From NCBI GenBank assembly GCA_963666365.2, contig CAXXNF010000001.1:217281-281280 (forward strand): DNA of 64,000 bases, in the 5' to 3' direction. The position numbers were made by a program, and so were the translations under genes. The first letter of the stretch is position 1, and each line of letters opens with the position of its first letter. The stretch is from Syntrophales bacterium (lineage in GTDB: Bacteria > Desulfobacterota > Syntrophia > Syntrophales > UBA2210). Shown here piece by piece: positions 54,501 through 62,600 of the stretch. The notes below the pieces were generated by a model. It was not told the DNA's origin. It did not search any database and was given only the letters and a program-made list of their open reading frames with translations.

Positions 54501-56442
54501 CTTCGGCTACATCACCATGTTGAGACCGCCCCTGTGGAACGACAGTTTCTACGAATACGACAGGGACAACAATCTGATCAAAGCCACCGATCCGTTGAGA
54601 AGAGCCACCTACAACGGCTACGACAAGAACGGACGGCTTTATATGACAAGAGACGCCCGGAATAACACCGTATACCGCTACTACGACAAGGAAGGAAACC
54701 TGGTCCGGCTCAGAGACCAGCGTGCCAACGAAACCCGGTTCGATTATGACTCGAACGACCGGTTGACGGACACTACCGACCCGCTGGCACGAACCATCAC
54801 CTACACCCGTGACGCTCTGGGCCGCATTGCGGAACAGACAAACAAACGGGGGCAGAAGGTGGCGTTCTCCTACGACGGAGAAGGCCGCATGACATCAAAA
54901 CGATATGACGGCACGGAGGAAGCGGCATACACCTACGATGCCGCCGGTAACCTTACCCAAATGATCGATGACTGGGGAACCACCACATATGACTACGATG
55001 AGCGAAACCGGGTAACCGCAATCACCTATCCGGACACTATGACCCTTTCTTTTACCTACGACGAACTGGGCAACTGCAGTTCCCTCACCTACCCCGACGG
55101 CCAGACGGTACGCTACACCTACGACGATGTGAACCGGATCACGATACCGCGGGGCCTGAGAAACGGCGCCAATATCGAAATACGGCCGAACAGGGAAAAG
55201 CCGAACCGGATCACCGCCATGAACTGGGGGGAGACTCACTCCGTCACAGGCGACTATGACCCCGCCGCCCGTTTGATCACACAGACCCGCTCAAACGGCG
55301 CCGTGACCGAGTTTTCCTACGACGCCAACGACCGGGTAACGGGGATCAATCACAAAAAAGGGGACACCCCCCTTCTCGAACTGAATTATACCTATGACGA
55401 CGCGGACAACCTGCTTTCCGAACTTTCCTCAGATCCCGTCACACCGGCCGTGAGCGATGCCTCCCTGGCAGCGACTGTCGACGCCGCCAACCAAATCAGC
55501 CGGCTGGGAAGCGACACGTACACCTTCGACAGCGACGGCAATCGAATCGGAGTAAGCAGTGGTCAATTCGCCGCCGTCTACGACCCGGAAAACCATGCCA
55601 CGCAGATCACCCGCAACGGGGTCGCCGCCGCCTGCACCTACGACGGACAGGGCATGATGGTGCAGCGCACAGTGGACGGCGAGACCACCACCTACCACTA
55701 CGACGATGCGGGACGCCTCCTTTTTGAAACGGATAGTTCGGGCGCCGTGAGCAACACCTATATATACATGGGCAGAAAACCGGTTGCCATGGGAACAAAG
55801 GACAGCGGATACAGGTTCTTTCATTTCAACAACCTCGGAAACACGCTCGCCCTGACCGACGCGACCGGTTCGGTCATCAAACGGTACGCCTACCAGCCTT
55901 ACGGGGCCGCGACCGGCAGTGGGTCAGAGATTTCGAACCTCTTCACCTTTGTGGGCGCTCACGGCGTCATGGATCTGGGCGACGGCCTGTTTCTGATGAA
56001 ACGCAGGCTCTACGACGCCCGGAGCGGCAGGTTCCTGCAGACCGACCCCATCGGCATCGCCGGCGGGATCAATCTTTACACCTATGCCGAGAACAATCCC
56101 CTGCGCTACATCGATCCCGAAGGCACCTCAATCCTCCTTGCTTACGCGGCAGGTGCAGCTATAGTCGCTCTCGCAGTGGTCATTTTGACACCAGCCGACG
56201 ACACAAAAGATGCCGACCAGACGACAGATGCCGGCTTTCACGAACATGCCGAGCAGGCAGCTGAAAATAGGGTGAAGGGTGCACAAAAAGTGAAAGAAGC
56301 CAAAGGTACGGGAAACAAGTTCAGAGCCTTTACGGACGCGTACTATGAATCCAAAGAAGATACTCGTAAATTGGCTCCAAAGGCGGGTGAGGAGGCAGTA
56401 GAGAAAGTCGGAAAGGGGTACTTACGGGTACTAAGGCGTTAG
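51514..56442 (+). CDS. Sec-signal RHS/YD-repeat protein with an N-terminal PQQ/BamB-like beta-propeller and a short TM-containing C-terminal tip (copy 1)
   Basis: ATG at 51514 with an AGGAG RBS, and signal peptide MNRPLSIVLSCLILVICVLAAPSAPLFA. PQQ-like repeats include GGIYCFNTADGEQLWYKK and LYGVDAQTGKEYWRMD. The DUF6531-like block is YQVNTATLNLVLQGTLFWMKTRGPSVAAALVYN. About 40 YD repeats follow. The core end is RLYDARSGRFLQTDPIGIAGGINLYTYAENNPLRYIDPEGT. Confidence 0.9.
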   Translation: MNRPLSIVLSCLILVICVLAAPSAPLFAEPGSLLWRSPLSSGGPCTWSTPVVTGSRCYVQDQEGGIYCFNTADGEQLWYKKLSGGWPTASPVYKNGKLFVFAGSGIDFDVVDTVYRLDPLSCGAVETQFTPAPGVAISAMSPAVSDTMVYVPTSSTLYAIDAGTFEKAWEMSVPGASVIIGGEILYVLADKLYGVDAQTGKEYWRMDPPHSTGFDMGALSGDILVAYTKYSGSPDYVSKLHAFRLSPENMGASLLATSVDPPSLLWSFTPTDHAYSDWSPPAIDASISRVYAVNRAGYLWAFDLEGDGTLLWNRPVRGSGMASAKPVALDGKVYIQAAGTSGEYGTPHWLVCYDVNELEKFLEYDDPNDPDTFWQSESLVDLWNANATPEDIERRAQWEADGFTIGEMKTAWGSPAVVNGKVYIATDHGGGVLAFEGEPSEHSWYMISQNPHLTGSVDGSQKDFYNSPSTLGLSVDNATTAFGFSDQPPMRIGLPDYQVNTATLNLVLQGTLFWMKTRGPSVAAALVYNADHTLHSGLFGHGWRFAYESTATIGCSSHAIDIRKGSGQVLTFTSTEDLTADPDTLDYPLELTPPTGNFDRVTVYEGYCEWFEKSSRFTYRYDKSTLEGSQIYYLTSITDRNGNRIDVEVDRTNGHITSVTGPADRQLTMTYDADSRCTQIATPAFDSRSLAFEYDEEGFLTAVTDMAGYRSTYEYDDDGYMTRMTRDSHWATFEYASRGSGLGKYVTKVTDSDVGWTLYELLKQDPVEVRRTSRQGKARIFKSNDGLTGSVTDPLGNVSTIGYENKLPVSFKDRNGHIERLVYDNRGNVTTQIDALNRWTRFSYNSDDTLHSMTNPLSETWYYAYDSHQNLTRVTSPEGNITQISYDSYGQVNKITDPNGHVTDYYYDIWGNLKTVEDPLGNVTRFGYDGSHLHCIYITDARDNEKQILYDDNDRLSRVYYGPDYEGPSVRNEFDAFWQIRATDENGNQTRVERNRFGYITMLRPPLWNDSFYEYDRDNNLIKATDPLRRATYNGYDKNGRLYMTRDARNNTVYRYYDKEGNLVRLRDQRANETRFDYDSNDRLTDTTDPLARTITYTRDALGRIAEQTNKRGQKVAFSYDGEGRMTSKRYDGTEEAAYTYDAAGNLTQMIDDWGTTTYDYDERNRVTAITYPDTMTLSFTYDELGNCSSLTYPDGQTVRYTYDDVNRITIPRGLRNGANIEIRPNREKPNRITAMNWGETHSVTGDYDPAARLITQTRSNGAVTEFSYDANDRVTGINHKKGDTPLLELNYTYDDADNLLSELSSDPVTPAVSDASLAATVDAANQISRLGSDTYTFDSDGNRIGVSSGQFAAVYDPENHATQITRNGVAAACTYDGQGMMVQRTVDGETTTYHYDDAGRLLFETDSSGAVSNTYIYMGRKPVAMGTKDSGYRFFHFNNLGNTLALTDATGSVIKRYAYQPYGAATGSGSEISNLFTFVGAHGVMDLGDGLFLMKRRLYDARSGRFLQTDPIGIAGGINLYTYAENNPLRYIDPEGTSILLAYAAGAAIVALAVVILTPADDTKDADQTTDAGFHEHAEQAAENRVKGAQKVKEAKGTGNKFRAFTDAYYESKEDTRKLAPKAGEEAVEKVGKGYLRVLRR
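54789..56099 (+). repeat. 1311-bp tract apparently 100% identical to 60451-61761
   Basis: Same sense translation, and identical antisense track ORFs (54895-55239 = 60557-60901; 55429-55824 = 61091-61486). Spot checks of several lines are identical at a constant offset of 5662. Confidence 0.8.
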
Positions 56443-56523
56443 TAAAGGATGTCATAGCGGGAGCATCAGCTGTGACAGGGGTCTCGGGATTACACCTAAT
56501 CCGTAAAGCTCCGGAAAAATAAT

Positions 56524-56548
56524 GCATCGCATCGCATTGCATTGCATA
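56524..56548 (+). repeat. Pentanucleotide tandem repeat (GCATY)x5 in the leader of the YD-dockerin gene
   Basis: GCATC GCATC GCATT GCATT GCATA read directly. The paralogous site 62174-62188 has only GCATC GCATT GCAAA. Confidence 0.6.
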
Positions 56549-56576
56549 CATGCTTCATCACACAGGGAGTGATATT

Positions 56577-56960
56577 ATGAAGAGACGCATCCACTCAGTT
56601 TTACTCATAGCGGCCATGTGTTTCATCTGCACTGCCGCAGCGGCTGCCACCTACACCTATGACGAGCTGAACCGTCTCACGAAAGTCGTCTACGGCTCCG
56701 GCAGCGACGGGACCTTGTCGTACATCGAATACACCTACGATACGGCCGGCAACATCACCCTCATCAGTTCCCTCGGGAATATATTATATGGCGATGTCGA
56801 CAACAACCGGACAGTCGATCTGGCCGATGCCATCATGTCGCTTCGGATCGTAACCGGCCAGAGCGTCTCTCCTCCCAACGTCCGGAAAGCGGCGATCAAC
56901 AACGACCAACGGATCGGCCCTGAAGAGACGATATACATTATGAAGAAAATATCCGAGTGA
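56577..56960 (+). CDS. Small secreted protein with two YD repeats plus a dockerin-like module (copy 1 of the tandem pair)
   Basis: The ATG at 56577 has an AGGGAG RBS. MKRRIHSVLLIAAMCFICTAAAAA is followed by TYTYDELNRLTKVVYGSGSDGTLSYIEYTYDTAGNITLI, GDVDNNRTVDLADAIMSLRIVTG and INNDQRIGPEETIYIMKKISE. Confidence 0.65.
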   Translation: MKRRIHSVLLIAAMCFICTAAAAATYTYDELNRLTKVVYGSGSDGTLSYIEYTYDTAGNITLISSLGNILYGDVDNNRTVDLADAIMSLRIVTGQSVSPPNVRKAAINNDQRIGPEETIYIMKKISE

Positions 56961-57253
56961 CTCCTGTAGCTGCCATCCTTCAAAAATTAATTAATCCGGT
57001 TCATCATTTCCAACCTTTCAAAGCCAATAAGTACGCAAGAACCGGATGAACCTGTTTTTTTCTGCCTTTCGGCGTCTTGCGGGAACAAATAAATCAGTTA
57101 CTTAGAAGTAGACAGGACATCACAATAATGTTAGGTTGAAAGCAGTTTTTTTTCAAAGCTACCTCACATCGCGCGAATATAAAAACTGTTTTTTTCGGTA
57201 GCATACAGCAACTATCGATGGCCTGAATCACGCCATCCTGAGGAGTGTGTGAC

Positions 57254-60200
57254 ATGAACAGGCCTTTCGCTGTAATTCTCTCTTGTGTGACTCTTGTAAT
57301 TTGTGTACTTGCAGCAACCTCTGCCCCTCTCCTGGCCGAACCCGGCACGCTGCTCTGGAGATCGCCCCTGTCGAGCGGTGAACCAAGCACCTGGTCCACT
57401 CCAGTGGTGATAGGCGACAGGTGCTATGTGCAGGATCAGGCTGGCGGCATCTACGGTTTTCGAACAACCGACGGGGAGCAGCTCTGGTATAAAAAGGTTT
57501 CCGGAGGCTGGCCGGTTTCGTCGCCCGTCTACAGAAACGGCAAATTGTTCATGATGGCCAGCAGCAACAATGAAATTGACAGCAAGGATCCTTATGTTGT
57601 CGATACTGTCTACCGGCTCCACCCCGACTGCGGGCGTATTGAAAAGCAGTTTACCCCTGAGGTCGGCGTCTCCATCAATGCAATGTCTCCGGCCGTATCC
57701 GATTCCCTGGTGTACATACCCACCTTTTCAAAACTCTACGCCATCGATGTCAATACCTTCGAACCGGTCTGGGAGATGGCCGTCACCGGGGCAAGCGTCA
57801 TCATCGGCGGCGACATCCTCTATGTGCTTGCCGATAAACTCTATGGCGTGAATGCCGAAACCGGAGAAGAATACTGGCACATGGATGCCCCCCACAGTAC
57901 CGGATTCGACATGGGGGCGCTCTCCGGGGATATTCTGGTGGCCTTTACAAAGTATTGTTGGACGGACTATTTCTCAACGCTGCATGCCTTCAGGCTGCAT
58001 CCCGAAAATATGGAGATTCCCCCTCCCACAGAGACTCCGCCCTACCGGATCGACCCTCCGGAAGTTATCTGGTCTTATGCCTATCGCACCGGGCTTCTGG
58101 AGACCGCAGGGTCGTCCGACTTCTCTCCCCCCGCAATCGACAGCAGCACGGCAACCGTGTATGGGATTAACAGATCCGGGGTTCTGAAAGCATTCGCCCT
58201 CGAAGGCAATGGAGAACCGCTCTTCATGATGGGTGTCAGGGATAATGGCCTGGCTTCGGCCAAGCCGGTGGCCCTTGACGGAAAGATTTACATACAGGTA
58301 GGATCCGGCACCTCCTATTATCTTCGCTGTTTTGATGCACGTAATCTCCCTGGCGTCCCTCCCGTACTATGGGCGTCAGAATCGCTGGGGAGTGGCGGCG
58401 AGATGCAGGTTGCCTGGGGATCACCTGCTGTAGTGGATGGCAGAATTTATATCGCCACCGACCATGGCGGCGGCCTGCTGTGTTTTGAAAGCGATCCTTC
58501 GGAACACAGCTGGTACATGCTCACCCAGAACCCCAATCTGACAGGGTCTGCGGGCGGCTGGAAAAAGGATTTCGGCAATTACCCTGCCACCCTCGGTCTG
58601 GCCACAGACAACGAAAATACCGCCTTCGGCTTCAGCGATGAGCCGCCCATGAGAATCGGGCTGCCCGATTACCAGGTGAACACGGCTACGCTCAACCTTG
58701 TATTGCAGGGAACCCTGTTCTGGATGAAAACCCGCGGCCCTTCAGTTGCCGCCGCCCTGGTGTACAACGCCGACCACACCGCACCATCGGGCCCTTTCGG
58801 TAACGGCTGGCGATTTGCCTATGAATCCACCGTGGAAATCGACTGCAGCGGTAAAAACGCGGAATTACGAAAAGGCTCCGGCCAGGTCATTACTTTTTCA
58901 TCCAGGAAAGATCTTTTATCTGATACGCTTTCCTACCCCCAGAATCTGTCGCCCCCCACAGGCAATTTCGACGGTTTTATCGCCTATAACGGCTACTATG
59001 AATGGTTCGAGAAATCCTCCCGCTTTACTTACCGGTACGATTTTTCAACCATTCACGGACCGGCGCTTGCCTACCTGACCGCCATTACCGATCAGAACGG
59101 CAACCGTGTGACGCTGGATGTGGACCTCGCCACTGGAAAGATCAGCAGGATCACCGGGCCGGCAGAGCGCCAATTGACGCTGACCTATGACGATAACAGC
59201 CGCTGCATTCAGATCACAACCCCCGCCTTTGATTCCCGGACGATACGATTCGAATATGACGAAGAGGGGTTTCTCACGGCAATCAACGACATGGCCGGTT
59301 ACCGAAGCATCTACGAATACGATGACGACGGCTACATGACCAAGATGACCCGGGACAGCCACTGGGCATCCTTCGAATACGCATCCCGGGGATCGGGCCT
59401 TGGGAAATACGTGACGAAGGTCACGGACAGCGATGTCGGGTGGACCCTCTATGAACTTTTGAAGCAGGACCCGGTGGAGGTACGGCGCACCAGCCGGCAG
59501 GGCAAAGCGAGAGTTTTTAAAAGCAACGACGGCCTGACCGGGTCGGTGACAGACCCCCTGGGCAACGTCAGCACCATCGGCTACGAGAACAAGCTGCCCG
59601 TCAGTTTCAAAGACAGAAACGGGCACATAGAGCGGATGGTATACGACAACCGGGGAAATATCATCACACAGATAGACGCCCTGAACCGTTGGACCCGGTT
59701 TTCGTACAACAGCGATGACACGCTTCACTCCATGACCAACCCGCTTTCCGAAACCTGGTACTACGCATACGATTCGCATCAGAACCTGATACGAGTCACC
59801 TCGCCCGAAGGCAACATCACACAGATCAGCTACGACGAATACGGTCAGGTCAACACAATCATCGACCCCAACGGCCATGTCACCAATTATTATTACGACA
59901 GCTACGGCAATCTGAAAACCGTGGAAGATCCCCTGGGCAATGTCACCCGGTTCGGCTATGACGGATCCAAGCTCCACTGCATATTTATCACCGATGCACG
60001 GGGGAACGAAAAACAGATACTCTACGACGACAACGACCGCCTGAGCCGCGTCTATTATGGGCCGGACTACGAAGGACCCAGCGTACGCAACGAGTTTGAC
60101 GCCTTCTGGCAAATCAGGGCGACCGACGAAAACGGCAACCGGACACGGGTCGAGCGGAACCGCTTCGGCTACATCACCAGGCTGAGTCCGCCCCTGTCGA

Positions 60201-62095
60201 ACGACAGTTTCTACGAATACGACAGGGACAACAATCTGGTCAAGACCACCGATCCGTTGAAAAGAACCACCTACAACGGCTACGATAAGAACGGACGGCT
60301 TTATATGACAAGAGACGCCGGGGGACACACCGTATACCGCTATTACGACAAGGAAGGCAACCTGGTCCGACTCAAAGACCAGCGTGAAAACGAAACCCTC
60401 TTCGATTACGACTCGAACGACCGGTTGACGGAAAACACCGACCCGCTGGAACGAACCATCACCTACACCCGTGACGCTCTGGGCCGCATTGCGGAACAGA
60501 CAAACAAACGGGGGCAGAAGGTGGCGTTCTCCTACGACGGAGAAGGCCGCATGACATCAAAACGATATGACGGCACGGAGGAAGCGGCATACACCTACGA
60601 TGCCGCCGGTAACCTTACCCAAATGATCGATGACTGGGGAACCACCACATATGACTACGATGAGCGAAACCGGGTAACCGCAATCACCTATCCGGACACT
60701 ATGACCCTTTCTTTTACCTACGACGAACTGGGCAACTGCAGTTCCCTCACCTACCCCGACGGCCAGACGGTACGCTACACCTACGACGATGTGAACCGGA
60801 TCACGATACCGCGGGGCCTGAGAAACGGCGCCAATATCGAAATACGGCCGAACAGGGAAAAGCCGAACCGGATCACCGCCATGAACTGGGGGGAGACTCA
60901 CTCCGTCACAGGCGACTATGACCCCGCCGCCCGTTTGATCACACAGACCCGCTCAAACGGCGCCGTGACCGAGTTTTCCTACGACGCCAACGACCGGGTA
61001 ACGGGGATCAATCACAAAAAAGGGGACACCCCCCTTCTCGAACTGAATTATACCTATGACGACGCGGACAACCTGCTTTCCGAACTTTCCTCAGATCCCG
61101 TCACACCGGCCGTGAGCGATGCCTCCCTGGCAGCGACTGTCGACGCCGCCAACCAAATCAGCCGGCTGGGAAGCGACACGTACACCTTCGACAGCGACGG
61201 CAATCGAATCGGAGTAAGCAGTGGTCAATTCGCCGCCGTCTACGACCCGGAAAACCATGCCACGCAGATCACCCGCAACGGGGTCGCCGCCGCCTGCACC
61301 TACGACGGACAGGGCATGATGGTGCAGCGCACAGTGGACGGCGAGACCACCACCTACCACTACGACGATGCGGGACGCCTCCTTTTTGAAACGGATAGTT
61401 CGGGCGCCGTGAGCAACACCTATATATACATGGGCAGAAAACCGGTTGCCATGGGAACAAAGGACAGCGGATACAGGTTCTTTCATTTCAACAACCTCGG
61501 AAACACGCTCGCCCTGACCGACGCGACCGGTTCGGTCATCAAACGGTACGCCTACCAGCCTTACGGGGCCGCGACCGGCAGTGGGTCAGAGATTTCGAAC
61601 CTCTTCACCTTTGTGGGCGCTCACGGCGTCATGGATCTGGGCGACGGCCTGTTTCTGATGAAACGCAGGCTCTACGACGCCCGGAGCGGCAGGTTCCTGC
61701 AGACCGACCCCATCGGCATCGCCGGCGGGATCAATCTTTACACCTATGCCGAGAACAATCCGATAAAAAATATCGACCCAGAAGGCACCTCAATCCTCCT
61801 TGCTTACGCGGCAGGTGCAGCTATAGTCGCTCTCGCAGCGGTCATTTTGACACCAGCCGACGACACAAAAGATGCCGGCGATACGTCATTTTTGGATGAT
61901 GCCAGCCAGACATTTGAGAAAAATCAGCGGAATGAACAAAAAGTGAGAGAAGCCGCAAATACGGGAGACCGGTACCGTGTCGTGGCGGAAAGTTTACATG
62001 AGCAAAAAGAAGATATTCGCAGATTGGCTCCAAAGGCGGGTGAGGAGGCAGTAGAGAAAGTCGTAAAGGGAACATTTCGGGCACTAAGGCAGTAA
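57254..62095 (+). CDS. Sec-signal RHS/YD-repeat protein with an N-terminal PQQ/BamB-like beta-propeller and a short TM-containing C-terminal tip (copy 2)
   Basis: Paralog of 51514-56442. The N-terminal about 470 aa are diverged, the middle is near-identical and the last 1.3 kb of the shell is identical. The core end is ...NNPIKNIDPEGT, followed by a different tip. Confidence 0.9.
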   Translation: MNRPFAVILSCVTLVICVLAATSAPLLAEPGTLLWRSPLSSGEPSTWSTPVVIGDRCYVQDQAGGIYGFRTTDGEQLWYKKVSGGWPVSSPVYRNGKLFMMASSNNEIDSKDPYVVDTVYRLHPDCGRIEKQFTPEVGVSINAMSPAVSDSLVYIPTFSKLYAIDVNTFEPVWEMAVTGASVIIGGDILYVLADKLYGVNAETGEEYWHMDAPHSTGFDMGALSGDILVAFTKYCWTDYFSTLHAFRLHPENMEIPPPTETPPYRIDPPEVIWSYAYRTGLLETAGSSDFSPPAIDSSTATVYGINRSGVLKAFALEGNGEPLFMMGVRDNGLASAKPVALDGKIYIQVGSGTSYYLRCFDARNLPGVPPVLWASESLGSGGEMQVAWGSPAVVDGRIYIATDHGGGLLCFESDPSEHSWYMLTQNPNLTGSAGGWKKDFGNYPATLGLATDNENTAFGFSDEPPMRIGLPDYQVNTATLNLVLQGTLFWMKTRGPSVAAALVYNADHTAPSGPFGNGWRFAYESTVEIDCSGKNAELRKGSGQVITFSSRKDLLSDTLSYPQNLSPPTGNFDGFIAYNGYYEWFEKSSRFTYRYDFSTIHGPALAYLTAITDQNGNRVTLDVDLATGKISRITGPAERQLTLTYDDNSRCIQITTPAFDSRTIRFEYDEEGFLTAINDMAGYRSIYEYDDDGYMTKMTRDSHWASFEYASRGSGLGKYVTKVTDSDVGWTLYELLKQDPVEVRRTSRQGKARVFKSNDGLTGSVTDPLGNVSTIGYENKLPVSFKDRNGHIERMVYDNRGNIITQIDALNRWTRFSYNSDDTLHSMTNPLSETWYYAYDSHQNLIRVTSPEGNITQISYDEYGQVNTIIDPNGHVTNYYYDSYGNLKTVEDPLGNVTRFGYDGSKLHCIFITDARGNEKQILYDDNDRLSRVYYGPDYEGPSVRNEFDAFWQIRATDENGNRTRVERNRFGYITRLSPPLSNDSFYEYDRDNNLVKTTDPLKRTTYNGYDKNGRLYMTRDAGGHTVYRYYDKEGNLVRLKDQRENETLFDYDSNDRLTENTDPLERTITYTRDALGRIAEQTNKRGQKVAFSYDGEGRMTSKRYDGTEEAAYTYDAAGNLTQMIDDWGTTTYDYDERNRVTAITYPDTMTLSFTYDELGNCSSLTYPDGQTVRYTYDDVNRITIPRGLRNGANIEIRPNREKPNRITAMNWGETHSVTGDYDPAARLITQTRSNGAVTEFSYDANDRVTGINHKKGDTPLLELNYTYDDADNLLSELSSDPVTPAVSDASLAATVDAANQISRLGSDTYTFDSDGNRIGVSSGQFAAVYDPENHATQITRNGVAAACTYDGQGMMVQRTVDGETTTYHYDDAGRLLFETDSSGAVSNTYIYMGRKPVAMGTKDSGYRFFHFNNLGNTLALTDATGSVIKRYAYQPYGAATGSGSEISNLFTFVGAHGVMDLGDGLFLMKRRLYDARSGRFLQTDPIGIAGGINLYTYAENNPIKNIDPEGTSILLAYAAGAAIVALAAVILTPADDTKDAGDTSFLDDASQTFEKNQRNEQKVREAANTGDRYRVVAESLHEQKEDIRRLAPKAGEEAVEKVVKGTFRALRQ
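60451..61761 (+). repeat. 1311-bp tract apparently 100% identical to 54789-56099
   Basis: See 54789-56099. Confidence 0.8.
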
Positions 62096-62216
62096 AGGGT
62101 GTCATATCGGAAACTTAAGCTGCGACAGGGGCCCCGGGACTAAACCTAATCCGGGAAGCTCTGGGAGAATAATGCATCGCATTGCAAACATGCTTCATTA
62201 CACACGGGGAAATATT

Positions 62217-62600
62217 ATGAATAGACGAATCCAATTAGTTCTACTTATAGTGGCCATGTGTTTTACCTGCACTGCCGCAGCGGCAGCAACCTATACCTAC
62301 GATAAGCTGAACCGGTTGACTAAGGTCGTCTACGGCTCCGGCAGCGACGGGACCTTGTCGTACATCGAATACACCTACGACGCGGCCGGAAACATCACCC
62401 TCATCAGTTCCCTCGGGAACGTATTGTATGGCGATGTCGACAACAACCGGAAAGTCGATCTGGCCGATGCAATTATGTCTTTCCAGATCGTAACCGGCCA
62501 GAGCATCTCTCCCCCGGAAGTACGGAAAGCGGCGATCAACGATGACCGGCAGATAGGCCCGGAAGAGGCGATCTACATTCTGCGCAAAATATCTGAGTGA
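62217..62600 (+). CDS. Small secreted protein with two YD repeats plus a dockerin-like module (copy 2)
   Basis: The ATG at 62217 begins MNRRIQLVLLIVAMCFTCTAAAAA. It is followed by TYTYDKLNRLTKVVYGSGSDGTLSYIEYTYDAAGNITLI, GDVDNNRKVDLADAIMSFQIVTG and INDDRQIGPEEAIYILRKISE. Confidence 0.65.
   Translation: MNRRIQLVLLIVAMCFTCTAAAAATYTYDKLNRLTKVVYGSGSDGTLSYIEYTYDAAGNITLISSLGNVLYGDVDNNRKVDLADAIMSFQIVTGQSISPPEVRKAAINDDRQIGPEEAIYILRKISE

Larger units (their letters stand above)
51258..57012 (+). repeat. Tandem duplication unit 1 (leader + RHS gene + YD-dockerin gene)
   Basis: Collinear homology with 57107-62652, from the upstream block TAGACAGG(G/A)CATCACAATAATGTTA to the downstream block CCATCCTTCAAAAATTAATTA. 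Confidence 0.8.
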
